From: Candidatus Poribacteria bacterium
GTDB taxonomy: Bacteria > Poribacteria > WGA-4E > WGA-3G
Length of the DNA stretch: 64,000 nucleotides
Direction: 5' to 3'
NCBI GenBank assembly: GCA_963663765.2
Contig: CAXXUA010000004.1
Coordinates: 448,001 to 512,000, forward strand
This document shows, piece after piece, positions 20,339-30,792 of this stretch (the stretch's first letter is position 1; each line of letters starts with the position of its first letter). A program made the position numbers and the translations under genes. The notes beneath the pieces were generated by a model that saw nothing but the letters and a program-made list of their open reading frames with translations, was not told the DNA's origin and made no database searches.

Positions 20339-23300
20339 TTATTCAACATCTTTTAACAATTGGAACTGCAATATATCAGTTACGTGCAGTTGTTTTATCA
20401 AGATTGCGTCTTTTTCAGGTATATAACGCCAACCGGATGTCACCTCTTCAAGCGATTCTACTTGAGGGATTTCAAAAGATGAATTATCTTTTTCTCCTTC
20501 TGTCTCAGCGATTTGTGCCCGTATAATTGTCGGGGAATGACCGTATCCAGATATGAGTGTATTGCTTATTTCGTTTTTTGCGTAACTTAGAGTCCACTTT
20601 ACAGTACCAGTTTTTGAGACGGTAAACTCTTCAGGTGTTGCACCAGAACTCAGATGAACATTTCCTGATATTTTCGTTTTTACACCTGGATCCAGCCCGC
20701 GTTGTGAATAAACATTGACCATAATATCTTCAGGATTGAGATGGGGTCCTTTGCCTTCAGTACAAAATCCATAGTAACCATCAGGATAAGTACCTTTTAG
20801 TTCTCCATCAGTCCACTGCTGATACATGGCACTGATAGTAATTCCTTCGGCAATCTGACGCCATCTATCATCTTCTGTATGTTGATTGAGTTGCTGCAGA
20901 TAATATGCGTACACCAAACCGTTCCACTGCACAGGAACTCCAAACCATGAATGTGTATAAAAGGTAGTTCCAAATACTGGAATGGAAGCATACTGCATGC
21001 CGGGGCGATCAGGTAGATGCCAATGATAGAGGAAAGGTAATCCAGCATTAGCCCAATACTCTGCACGTTTCAAATATGTCTTATTTCCTGTGACTGCATG
21101 TGCTTCTACATACGCTCCAATAGCATGTGCAGCTGCAAGGATATCAGGTTCATATAACGGACATTCCCAACCTTGTGCGCCACGCGGTACAGTAAAGCGA
21201 TCCATATAAGACAGTGCTTTCTTACCAGATTCAAGAGAAGTCTTGTTTCCAGTAATGCGTGCATGTTTTAGCAGTTTTAATGCGTTAGCTGCACAAGTTC
21301 CTAAAACCACATCGCCAGTTTTTCCAAGTGTCTGGGTCTTATCTGAATTAGGTTGAAAACCCCATGCACCGTTGTCTGCTTGTGCATCAATTATTGGTTG
21401 TAATTCAGCTTCGTAGTATCCAAGGGCAGCGTCTATGTGTCCATAATAAAATGGAAACTCACCACCGAGAATATGACATGAACCGCGAGAAGCTAATCCA
21501 CCCGGATCCGAATCAGCAATTGTTTTTTGAGCAATCTCTTTCACCTGGTCTTTAACAGAATCAGATTTAGTAATTAGATAATCGTACCAAAGCAAGGTTG
21601 CAAATCCGGGTTCGTTACGTGAAGCCCAATCGACACAATGTCTGGATTGTCTTTTGTCTTCATCCCAGACTGTATGCATAAATCCGTGGCGTGATAGTAA
21701 AATCTGTTCTTTATCCTCACGTGGCGGATCAAGTTGTTTCGGTGTTCCATACGCTGATGTCCAATGTGCGACAGCATCTAATATAGTCGCGTTGTTGTCT
21801 GCAATGATCTCACATTCAAATTCAATAGGACTTTCAGGTGTCATGGTATAAGCGTTTTCGGCAATAAGTGTATTCTCTTCCACCCATTCTGGTATTGTCG
21901 GTAGAAAAACACCCATCAAATGATTTCTTTGGTGATGGACCGAATTGGGTGAAGCAAAAACTGCAGAAAGATTTTGATTTTGATCGTCCCATTGCTGTAA
22001 TGGATTCCAAACAATGCCGACCAGTGATTTCTGTATTTCTACTGCCATTACTGGTACAGTAATTTTATATGGATGGGGTACTAATCTGTTATTAATTGGC
22101 GGTGCTGCATCACGTGTACTTGAGGATGGTTCGTCTCCTTCAAGAAATTCGAGGCCTGGAAATAGTGCTGCAGTTTTCTTCTCACGTGTACTCTTATGTC
22201 CAGCATATAATTCCACTCCACGAAATGCTAAAAGTTCGCGCGGTTTGTCTACAGCCAATCGATACGATGTCTTTATACGTTTGGTATCTTCAGTGAGGAT
22301 CAACTGTACTTGAAGTGTCCATTTTACACCATCAGAATCTGTGTATTCATCCGACAAACGGACAATTGATTCGCCTAAACTATTTCCTGAGATTTGAATA
22401 TCATTCGGAATGAATATATGGTTATGTGTCTTACCATCTGAGATATGTGTTATCTCAGCAATCATATTAGATGTTGCAATTTGTTGATAGGAACTTCCCT
22501 TTGCAACATAGATTGCGTAATATTCAATTCCGGTCTCCAAATTATCCTGTACATTCTTAGGAGATTGATTATCCTTTGATTTGGATTGATCACCAGAATG
22601 TACGAACACTAAACGTAGGTGTTTGTTGCTTAGTACCACACTATCATCATGAGTGTAAGTGTGAAGTTCTGGAATAACTTGTGATTCAAGTTTTGGAAGC
22701 GCAGGTCGGATGTGAACTTCTCCTGTCATCTTCGCTGATCCCTCAATAAAACGTGTTCGTAAAGATACAGAGAAATCAATTGTCGTTGACCGTGAAACAC
22801 CACGAGCATACCATACATAAGTAGACAACTCACCTGGAGCAAGTGTCTTGATATATTGAGATGTTCTACCCCGTCGCAATTTTATGTTATGAATATTTAT
22901 TCGGGTTTTGCTGTCCTTTGAAAGAGGTCCTGTACCGACGTTTTTAATTGTGCATTGTATCTCATAAGCTTCACCCGTGCTGACCATTGCCGCAGTAGTT
23001 CCTACACTGACAATTTCTAATTTCGGTTGCGATGCATATAGTACCAATTCAATCGGTTCAGTTTCTAATTGGCTAATGATTTCCTCGGCAATTTCCTGTG
23101 CTGGTGTAAAACTATCCCGACTGAATTCAAAAAATGTTGTTTGCTCTTCAGGCAATTTTGCTATTGCAAGTCCACATTGGATTGTTGATGGTTTTTCTTT
23201 TTCTTCAATTCGGGTGAGTTTCAATAGCTTCGGTTCTCCCCACAGTCCCCACGCAAAATTGCTATTGCCTTCAACATTACATTGTGTGAGAAAGACAAGT

Positions 23301-24241
23301 TCAACTTTCTTGTCTGCATAGTGAGTCAAGTTCACACAGTTTTGAGTCCAACTGCATTCAGTTGAAGCGGATTCAAAACACTGTTCACCCGAAACTTCAA
23401 TAGAGAATTTTACACCACCGGGTTGTCTCTGTGGATCATCAAACACCACACCATCTCTCAGTCCAATACTGAAATATAAGCAAAGATTTTCGTTCTCATT
23501 GACTTTTGGAAGGTCCAAATGAAATACAATTCGCGAAGAATCAGTTGATGGCGGATGTTCAAGGATTGCAGGTTTTGTAACACCACCAGAAGAATCTACC
23601 ATGTTCACCGAAATATGATCGGTGCCGCTGTATTCACTATCCTCAAACATTGCGATGAAATCAAATAATTCCTCACTTTCACCTAAAGTATATTGGATTT
23701 GTGGTTGTCTGGAATCTGGTGTTTCCTCTACTTCAGGTATATTTGCAACCTCAGAGGTGTCTGGAACTTCTGGTACGACTTCAGTTTCTGTTGTCTCTGT
23801 TAAATCAGGTGTTTCCTCTACTGTAGCAATTTCTTCTTCGTCATCTACATTATGATCTTCAAACTCTTCTTGATCGGTAGATGATTCAACAGTATCAGAT
23901 TCCACCTCTTCTGTAGTTTTTTCTTCTGTTTCTGCTGTTTCCACCTTCACAGCAGGTTCAATGATTTCTTCAGCTGAAGCTATTTCAGAAGTTTCTTCAG
24001 GATGAGATTCTTCCTTAGTAGCGGATATATCTTGTGAAGATTCCGATTCATTTTCAGACTCTGGTTGAGGGTCGTCAGGAGTTTCCTCTTTATTAAGTTC
24101 TTCTTCATGTTGAGGTGCATCCAGAATTGGTGTCTCTTCTGAAGGTTTAGACTCCGGTTGCTCAGGATCAACTACCTCCTCTGTATTCTGTGTTTCTTCT
24201 TCCATTTTTCCCATAAGTACATTTTGGAAAAACGTTGACAT
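20339..24241 (-). CDS. Large (1300 aa) protein: acidic disordered N-terminus, CARDB/Ig-like segment, probable (alpha/alpha) barrel glycosidase-like C-terminus
   Basis: About 180 E/D/T/P-rich N-terminal residues; CTIKNVGT..LAPGE Ig-like motif; helical C-terminal region (TGNKTYLKRAEYWA). Fold calls are tentative. Confidence 0.55.
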   Translation of the reverse strand: MSTFFQNVLMGKMEEETQNTEEVVDPEQPESKPSEETPILDAPQHEEELNKEETPDDPQPESENESESSQDISATKEESHPEETSEIASAEEIIEPAVKVETAETEEKTTEEVESDTVESSTDQEEFEDHNVDDEEEIATVEETPDLTETTETEVVPEVPDTSEVANIPEVEETPDSRQPQIQYTLGESEELFDFIAMFEDSEYSGTDHISVNMVDSSGGVTKPAILEHPPSTDSSRIVFHLDLPKVNENENLCLYFSIGLRDGVVFDDPQRQPGGVKFSIEVSGEQCFESASTECSWTQNCVNLTHYADKKVELVFLTQCNVEGNSNFAWGLWGEPKLLKLTRIEEKEKPSTIQCGLAIAKLPEEQTTFFEFSRDSFTPAQEIAEEIISQLETEPIELVLYASQPKLEIVSVGTTAAMVSTGEAYEIQCTIKNVGTGPLSKDSKTRINIHNIKLRRGRTSQYIKTLAPGELSTYVWYARGVSRSTTIDFSVSLRTRFIEGSAKMTGEVHIRPALPKLESQVIPELHTYTHDDSVVLSNKHLRLVFVHSGDQSKSKDNQSPKNVQDNLETGIEYYAIYVAKGSSYQQIATSNMIAEITHISDGKTHNHIFIPNDIQISGNSLGESIVRLSDEYTDSDGVKWTLQVQLILTEDTKRIKTSYRLAVDKPRELLAFRGVELYAGHKSTREKKTAALFPGLEFLEGDEPSSSTRDAAPPINNRLVPHPYKITVPVMAVEIQKSLVGIVWNPLQQWDDQNQNLSAVFASPNSVHHQRNHLMGVFLPTIPEWVEENTLIAENAYTMTPESPIEFECEIIADNNATILDAVAHWTSAYGTPKQLDPPREDKEQILLSRHGFMHTVWDEDKRQSRHCVDWASRNEPGFATLLWYDYLITKSDSVKDQVKEIAQKTIADSDPGGLASRGSCHILGGEFPFYYGHIDAALGYYEAELQPIIDAQADNGAWGFQPNSDKTQTLGKTGDVVLGTCAANALKLLKHARITGNKTSLESGKKALSYMDRFTVPRGAQGWECPLYEPDILAAAHAIGAYVEAHAVTGNKTYLKRAEYWANAGLPFLYHWHLPDRPGMQYASIPVFGTTFYTHSWFGVPVQWNGLVYAYYLQQLNQHTEDDRWRQIAEGITISAMYQQWTDGELKGTYPDGYYGFCTEGKGPHLNPEDIMVNVYSQRGLDPGVKTKISGNVHLSSGATPEEFTVSKTGTVKWTLSYAKNEISNTLISGYGHSPTIIRAQIAETEGEKDNSSFEIPQVESLEEVTSGWRYIPEKDAILIKQLHVTDILQFQLLKDVE

Positions 24242-24282
24242 TTCAAATCTCCTATAGTCTATCTATTGCAGGACATAGTAAG

Positions 24283-25431
24283 TTATTGTCTCTTTTGCCA
24301 CTGCTGTTTTTTCTCTATCATTTCATCATTGAGTGTGATGTCTGACAATTGGGTTTGGTTGCTTTCATCTAATATCCAATTGCCATCTTCGTCCTTCAGC
24401 ACAGGTTTACGTTGTTCTACTGGTAGCACATCAAACGGTTTGTGTGGCTCAATTTGATACCAATATGCGACTGAGGACATCTCATTTCTGAGATGGTTGC
24501 CATGACCGTGTTCAATTGTTACTCGAATTTCTTTTTCAAATCGGATAGGGTTTTCCAAGTGATACACATAAGATGTCTGATAGCCATTGGTATGGTTTTC
24601 ATGTATAGATGAACCGTTATGTGCGAATGCATTCGGCTGCATACCCCACGCTTGATTGAGATAATCTTCCGAACCTGTGCCATGCAAATCGGGTGGCCAC
24701 TTGTAACCGTCTATCCAAATCATATCATCGCCTTCACCCCACCATGTGCCTTGAAAGTTACTAACAGATAGATTGCAACCAATATAGTGACCCTTACCGA
24801 TTGCCGACAATATCACATAATTGTTTTCCCAAGCAAGACGTTCTGCATTAATGATGTTTGATTCTGGAGTATTGACATTGATCTCATGACCCCATCCGTC
24901 ACAAGGATTTTCGCGATGGAATTGTGAGTGAAGATATGCAACATCCTCTCCAAATTCTGCAGGATAAGTTTCATAGTCTATGTAAAAATACTGACGATGT
25001 GGGGTTTCACCTTCATTCACAAGTTCCACACGAGCGGAACGGTTAAAGGGCATTTGCAAATAGCAGTTCAGAGCACAACCCGTATTGAAGCGATTGTTGT
25101 GATGTGTAGATGCTGAGAACGGTATGGAATCGTAAGAGTTAACGATTTCATTTCCAAGTCCAAAAAAATCACCCAAAGGACATATCACACTTGGATGTTC
25201 TTCATCGTCCCAGAACATTTGAATCAATACGTTCCGATAGCCATTAGGTTGTGTCATCCATATATGATTGATACATCCTGGTCCTTTTATATCGGCAAGC
25301 ACGCGTGTTTCACCGGGAGCAATATTCCATGCATCGTTATTACGACCTGAGGTATCCCACGAGGAAGCACGTGATGTCCGCGCATCTTTGACACGTGTCA
25401 AAGATGACAATAATCCATCAATATAGTTCAT
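24283..25431 (-). CDS. DUF2961 / glycoside hydrolase family 172 protein
   Basis: GPGCINHIWMT, PLGDFF, WWGEGD, GTGSEDY, IEHGH, SSVAYWYQ. Confidence 0.9.
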   Translation of the reverse strand: MNYIDGLLSSLTRVKDARTSRASSWDTSGRNNDAWNIAPGETRVLADIKGPGCINHIWMTQPNGYRNVLIQMFWDDEEHPSVICPLGDFFGLGNEIVNSYDSIPFSASTHHNNRFNTGCALNCYLQMPFNRSARVELVNEGETPHRQYFYIDYETYPAEFGEDVAYLHSQFHRENPCDGWGHEINVNTPESNIINAERLAWENNYVILSAIGKGHYIGCNLSVSNFQGTWWGEGDDMIWIDGYKWPPDLHGTGSEDYLNQAWGMQPNAFAHNGSSIHENHTNGYQTSYVYHLENPIRFEKEIRVTIEHGHGNHLRNEMSSVAYWYQIEPHKPFDVLPVEQRKPVLKDEDGNWILDESNQTQLSDITLNDEMIEKKQQWQKRQ

Positions 25432-25520
25432 TTAGTTTCCTTATTCTTATAGTAGACTTTAGAATTAATTGGACAATATGTTAGACAGAATACGCCAAAT
25501 CAAGTAATCAAGAAATCAAC

Positions 25521-25628
25521 GGTATGAATGCCTTTTGGCATTCCCCGGGTATGAATACCTTATGGTATTCCCCGGGTATGTATACCTTATGGTATTCCCC
25601 GGGTATGAATGCTATATAACATTCCCCG
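25521..25628. repeat. Four tandem 27-bp hairpin units GGTATGAATRCC-N4-GGYATTCCCCG
   Basis: Direct tandem units without spacers; dispersed single units at about 50423-50458 and, inverted, about 27148-27207. Confidence 0.8.
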
Positions 25629-26078
25629 TGTGGTATTCTGCATTGGTTAGGAAACAGAGCCTTCCAGGGGTTTTGATGCTCAAAAAGTCCAAATAATTAT
25701 ACGTTTACTATATTGCAGTAATCGTTCAAGTGGAGCACTGAGATTATTTCACAGAGATCATCTGACTTATAACTCGCTATCAGACCAGAAAAATTTATGG
25801 TGTAAAACTAAAGATCGTAGATGGAATTGGTTCGGTATTAATGATATGTTTAGAATAACTTATACCTATATCAAAACAAGATAGGAAATTTGCTCCTAAT
25901 AATCCGTGTGCATAAGTCTCATCGGGTAAATAACTCGTTGCAACTTCCATTCCTTCAAAAGTATGACCAATTACTGATATTCTGCTTACGGCAATAATTT
26001 CCACCTTGGTAGTTCCACTCACTGTGACAAACTCTATCTTATGTATATTTGGATCTGTATGATCATATCCTAAATCTG

Positions 26079-26200
26079 CAGGACTTACGCACCCAACGGT
26101 AGGCGCGCTTTGTAAGCGCGCTGGAAACACAAATAAAGTTGAAAATTACATCATTTTCATCACAATTCTTGATTAAATCATGAAAACTGCGTAAGTCCTG
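26079..26200. mobile_element. 122-bp MITE, copy 2
   Basis: Perfect 13-bp TIR CAGGACTTACGCA/TGCGTAAGTCCTG; TSD ATCTG (26074-26078, 26201-26205). Confidence 0.9.
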
Positions 26201-26263
26201 ATCTGATAAAATTTCAGTGTTAATAGTCGTATAAGAGGCACAGTATCTAATATTAAATCTATA

Positions 26264-26385
26264 CAGGACTTACGCAAAAAAGGTAGGCGTGCTTTGTAAG
26301 CGCGCTGGAAACCCATAAAAACGCTGATAATTGCATCATTTTCAACATAATTTTTGATTAAATCAAGAAAACTGCGTAAGTCCTG
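26264..26385. mobile_element. 122-bp MITE, copy 3
   Basis: Same TIR; TSD CTATA (26259-26263, 26386-26390). Confidence 0.9.
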
Positions 26386-26481
26386 CTATAGTAATATGTT
26401 TGCTTAAGTCCAAGGCATGTATTGTAACTTGAACTATAATTAATCTGTCAGGGGTTAACTAAAAACGTGTCTGACTCATTT

Positions 26482-26696
26482 TATAACTGGCACAATCTCC
26501 CTTTTGGAATCTATCCAGAATAACGTATAATGGCACCCCCTATAAGGGTGCTAAGTTCACTATAAACATCATCTCTGAAATCGCTATGTGCAGTAACTAT
26601 GCCCGATATAAGTTCTGAAGATTCATTATTTATTTCTGGATCAACAAAAAACAACCACTGATCAGGATACTTCTTTATCATTTCATCCAGCATCAT
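26482..26696 (-). pseudogene. Small partner gene upstream of the aspartyl protease (KYPDQW type), premature TAG at 26511-26513
   Basis: 61-aa ORF whose frame continues IPKGRLCQL to a TAA next to the protease ATG. Confidence 0.5.
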
Positions 26697-27003
26697 ACTC
26701 TCTAACCCGCCACCGCGCGTCTTATTAATATCAAAGTGTTTTTCTAATTAGTCGTAGCTGTTTTATATTTATCCTTTAGTGTCTGGCAAATAGTGTCTGG
26801 CAAAGCAGTCTGGAGCATATTCTGGAATTCGTGATAAGTCATTATTTTTCAAACTACGAAGTGTAGTATAACACATTTTGCACGTCAATAGTAACCGAAA
26901 ATCGGTCAAAATATCTTATTAAAAAGTCCTATATTCAAATCAATTCAATTCGGTAATATTATAGCATATACCCAAGAAAAATCAAAACTTTTATTAACAG
27001 GGC

Positions 27004-27436
27004 CAGGGTTATTCAGTTTTAAAAGTTTTCTGTTATTGAGATTTACTGAAAGTTAATACCCAAATGAGGTTTCCTAACTGCACTTAACACATCAATTTTA
27101 GATTATTGAAACATAAACATCAGTCTTTAGTCCCGCTAAATGCCATACGGGGAATGCCTTTGGGCGAATGCGCGTGTGGCATTCGCCATGATTCATACCG
27201 TTGATTTGGCGCATTTGGCGTTGATTTGGTAGGGACGATATGTTTATTCTTCTATACCGTTCCTACGGAACTCCATAGGGATGGATAACATTTTTCTATA
27301 AACATATCGTCCCTACGGGACTAAAGACTATAAACATATCGTCCCTACGGGACTAAAGACATGGACAAGATGGCAACACATAAAATTAAGGTTATAGTAG
27401 ATAATTATCAAAAACACCTAAAACTGAATAACCCTA
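27004..27436. mobile_element. MITE with TIR AGGGTTATTCAGTTTT carrying nested REP units
   Basis: TIRs at 27005-27020 and 27420-27435; imperfect flanking duplication TAACAGGGC/TAACAGGAC; shorter relative at 50368-50522. Confidence 0.7.
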
Positions 27437-27457
27437 TAACAGGACTGAGGATGTTAA

Positions 27458-28182
27458 CTAACTAATGATATTTGGTTGTCCTCCGCCGAGATTTAAAATG
27501 TCAAATACGTCCGCATTGACACGGAACCGCGCAAACAAAGCAATCGTTAGGTCTACCATTTCCACGCTTTTGGATACAATAATGGACTTACGTTTGAACC
27601 TACCGAACCAATGCCGCATCAGACAGTTATTACGCTCAATACCGTGTTTCTCTGCTTTATCCTGAACATGTTTTGAAGTAGATAGGACGGTTTCATAGAC
27701 CTGCCACTTGTCAGTCCAATACCTCTTGACGTTGAAGACTGCAAGGCGATTCGTCAGTTTTGTAAGGGTTTCTGCGTTGCGTCCACCGCATTCACAATCT
27801 ATGAGGTGTCCCGTGTTTCTGTCCAATGCCTTCCATATCCAAAGTTTGTTTTTCTTGTTTTGGATGTAGTGCCACATCTCATCAAGTTCTAAACTAACAA
27901 GTGTACCGGGTGTGAGCGCGGGTTTCGGTGCGTGCTTTTCGCAAAGGTGCGTATCCAGTTCAGCACAGCAAGCACAGAGACATCAAAAAGTTTTGAGATA
28001 GCATGCATTGAAATGCCATGGCAAGAAAAAAGCACAGACAACCTTTTATGCGCGGGTGGGTGTCCTCGGGGTGTCGGGCGCGTCCATTGATATCCACAAA
28101 GTTTACATTTATGGCGTTGATTTTCGTTAATGAAACCATTTCTCACAAAGTCCTCATTTTGAATTCTTGGACACTTGTTCAT
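27458..28182 (-). mobile_element. IS1-family transposase, split in two frames (probably degenerate)
   Basis: InsA-like N-terminus (QRHKCKLCGYQW, HTH, VLNWI) and InsB-like DDE part (LELDEMWHY, WTDKWQVY, IERNN); frame shifts near GCGAAAAGC (about 27935-27943). Confidence 0.85.
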
Positions 28183-28383
28183 GATATCCCCCTCGTAGAA
28201 GTGGGTTGTTTTGATGTGGATAAAAGTTTTCGGTAACATTAAGTCAACGAAAATTCGTTTGATTTTATTTTGACTTTTTTATTAAATATGTTATCATTTG
28301 TTTAATTGTTTTGATACATCACAGTTTTGATGGACTGTGAGTTTTCGCATCATTATTTAGTTAACACCCTCAGGAGATTTTAC

Positions 28384-29469
28384 ATGTCTAAAAAAATGAA
28401 ATTGTGGTTCGTGACCCTCATCATTCTGCTGCTTGGCATTGGTGTGTTTTTCATCACAAGTGAGTTGGATTTCTTGAAGTTCAATGAAAAAATGGATACA
28501 GACGTTGCCAGAGATCCAGAGTCCGCTGAGAGTCACGACTCGGTTGCGTCTGAGAATGGAAAAAAACCACTTCTCATTGATCAGCTTGACGCAGTAGTCC
28601 CCTCTGAAAACGTTCCCAAAGCAAAGACGAAAACGGAATATGCGTCAGAAGTCAAGGGTTACGAGAAGGATGGTGTTGAAGGTATGTATGTTACGCACAT
28701 TCCGCGCGATCCGTCCCGTTTTGCGCACCTTCCGCCGCCGCCGCTGCCTCCCTCTGCGGTGCCAGAGGACTGCCCCGAACATCTCAACTTTCGCCCTGAA
28801 TGGATAGATGGGGTGTATCGTGGAGCGGAACCGCCACCCGCAAATGATCAATTCACTGAAGAAATAGGAGAACGCATAGGGAACATTCTACTGGAGATTG
28901 TTCGTGAACATAACCCGAAACGTCCCTATGCAGAGATATGGGATCAGTTTATTGAATATGAAAAGATGTATCGTGCGTATGCGGAATGGGAACTCGGTTT
29001 TACGCCATCTACTCATGGGGCGTGGTCTCGGTTAGATTGGATGTATAAACAGACATGGGCATTTCCTGAATTCACAGAATTGTTAATAGCAGAAAATGAT
29101 CGTCCTGATGGTGAAGAAGATCGTTTTGTTGCAACTTATGAAGTTGCTATGGGAATATTAAATCAGGACTGGAACAAGATCACGTTGAAAGATGGTCGTG
29201 ATTTTTTCATTAAAGGGAATTCGCGTTATGAGTTTTCGTATTCGGGTGTCACCGAAGATGGGAATGAGTGGGGGCAGGTCACGGGTTTTAGTCGTGTTCG
29301 TCTGACGGACAACACTCCTGTTGTTCATATTGATGTGTATAACACGTCGAATGAGGAGTTGGAGGCGATGATGGGTTGGGATTACAAGATCAACCCGATT
29401 ACGATGCGTCCGTTAGCCCATGATAGTTCTCATGTGCCGTTGTATCCTCGTTTTATGGAGGCAGATTAG
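28384..29469 (+). CDS. Membrane-anchored Pro-rich hypothetical protein
   Basis: AGGAG RBS, N-terminal TM, PPPPLPP; long uninterrupted ORF. Confidence 0.7.
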   Translation: MSKKMKLWFVTLIILLLGIGVFFITSELDFLKFNEKMDTDVARDPESAESHDSVASENGKKPLLIDQLDAVVPSENVPKAKTKTEYASEVKGYEKDGVEGMYVTHIPRDPSRFAHLPPPPLPPSAVPEDCPEHLNFRPEWIDGVYRGAEPPPANDQFTEEIGERIGNILLEIVREHNPKRPYAEIWDQFIEYEKMYRAYAEWELGFTPSTHGAWSRLDWMYKQTWAFPEFTELLIAENDRPDGEEDRFVATYEVAMGILNQDWNKITLKDGRDFFIKGNSRYEFSYSGVTEDGNEWGQVTGFSRVRLTDNTPVVHIDVYNTSNEELEAMMGWDYKINPITMRPLAHDSSHVPLYPRFMEAD

Positions 29470-29879
29470 GTTGCTATTTTCTTTTTAGCAGCATATTTTC
29501 TTTTAACAGGACTGACGCACTATAATAGATTTGTGTTATACTATTCCATTATGATTACATTTACACTTTCTAAAAAGAAACAAAGTTTATATTCAGATTA
29601 TTGTCAATTTTTGTTATTATCTGCGTATTGGACTTGGTAGGTTTGTTTTAACTATAGTTAATTATCAGTTATTATACCCTCCCCATTCAATTTACAATCG
29701 TTAATATTTAATAATTACAAAACCGTCCCGCAAGCATTCGTGTTAGTGGTATTTTCGTGCCCGTACATTTCGTCGCGGGTTTTTGTTGTTGCATTGGAAT
29801 ACGTTTCAATGTTTGTCATCTATGTTGTGCATATACACAGCACAAGAATTTAACTGATAGTTTTATCTTGATGATATAT

Positions 29880-30006
29880 CACAAAGGAGATATAATTGGT
29901 AACCATATTATTCCAGAACGGGGGTTCATCAACCCCATAGTAACGGAACCTTACCAGCAAGACGCATTTAGTTCGCAAGGGGACAAACAAAAAAGGAGTT
30001 TTTGAC
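29880..30006 (+). promoter_or_regulatory. Conserved 5' leader of cassette 1
   Basis: Colinear and highly similar to 32531-32655. Confidence 0.55.
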
Positions 30007-30753
30007 ATGTCAAAACAATTACAATGGACAATAGGTGGACTCGTGCTACTTATAGTGGGTTTCGTGGCATTGCAAATATACTTGCATGTAGACATGAAAC
30101 AGTTCAAAGAGGAACTTGCCGGTCCAGAACCCAAAACGGAGACAGAACAACCCCCTCAACAGGTGCAAGTGCCTGAAGTGGATAACAGACCGCCACAGCC
30201 AGATGATGGACGTGAGTATGTGTGGCACGGGGATCACTGGCATGAAATACCGGTGGAGCAAAGAAAGGTGATTCCACGTAAGACTAACAAACAAGGGACA
30301 ACGGAAAGACTCAGCTATTATGAACGTATCTATAAGAAATATGGTGTGGTTCCACCACCACCAGGCTACCGGTACCGCATGACTGAACCGGGGGTTTTAA
30401 AATTAGATGAAAACAGAAAACCTATCCTATATAAAGAAGGCGAACCCGTTTTTGATATCCACAAAATACCTGGGTTCGCGCCAACGTATGAACAATATCA
30501 AGAATATGAAGCACTGATAAGACAACGGGATGAGGAGCGTTGGGCAGGCAATGATGCAAGAGCCGAACAACTCAACGCAGAAATTCGCCAACTCAAAGGA
30601 AAGGCACAAGGGTCAATCCCCTTTGTTACTGGTTCACTTGGTGTACCAACACATCTAAAAGAAGAGGCTTCGGCAGAAATGGATAGAAGAGCACATGAAG
30701 TTATAAAACAAGCCTACATAGATATGGGATTGGAACACATGGTTGAAGATTAG
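30007..30753 (+). CDS. Membrane-anchored hypothetical protein with WHGDHWH motif (cassette 1 gene A)
   Basis: AAGGAG RBS; N-terminal TM; paralog of 32656-33192. Confidence 0.75.
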   Translation: MSKQLQWTIGGLVLLIVGFVALQIYLHVDMKQFKEELAGPEPKTETEQPPQQVQVPEVDNRPPQPDDGREYVWHGDHWHEIPVEQRKVIPRKTNKQGTTERLSYYERIYKKYGVVPPPPGYRYRMTEPGVLKLDENRKPILYKEGEPVFDIHKIPGFAPTYEQYQEYEALIRQRDEERWAGNDARAEQLNAEIRQLKGKAQGSIPFVTGSLGVPTHLKEEASAEMDRRAHEVIKQAYIDMGLEHMVED

Positions 30754-30792
30754 TAGGTATTGAATAATTAATATTTAGAAAAGGAGATCATA

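Larger units (their letters stand above)
25795..26479 (-). pseudogene. Retropepsin-like aspartyl protease pseudogene interrupted by two MITEs
   Basis: Removing both MITEs joins LILDT(G)ASYTTINTEILSDLGY...GLLGANFL; there is also an early TAG and a 1-bp deletion in the DTG codons. Confidence 0.75.

Noticed and set aside
25521-25628. Possible CRISPR array
   Set aside because: Units are directly abutting with no unique spacers, and no cas genes are nearby.
27930-27950. Programmed -1 frameshift in the IS1-family transposase
   Set aside because: Only an A4 run rather than the canonical A6C, and the zinc-ribbon motif is degraded (CPRI), so a mutational frameshift is at least as likely.
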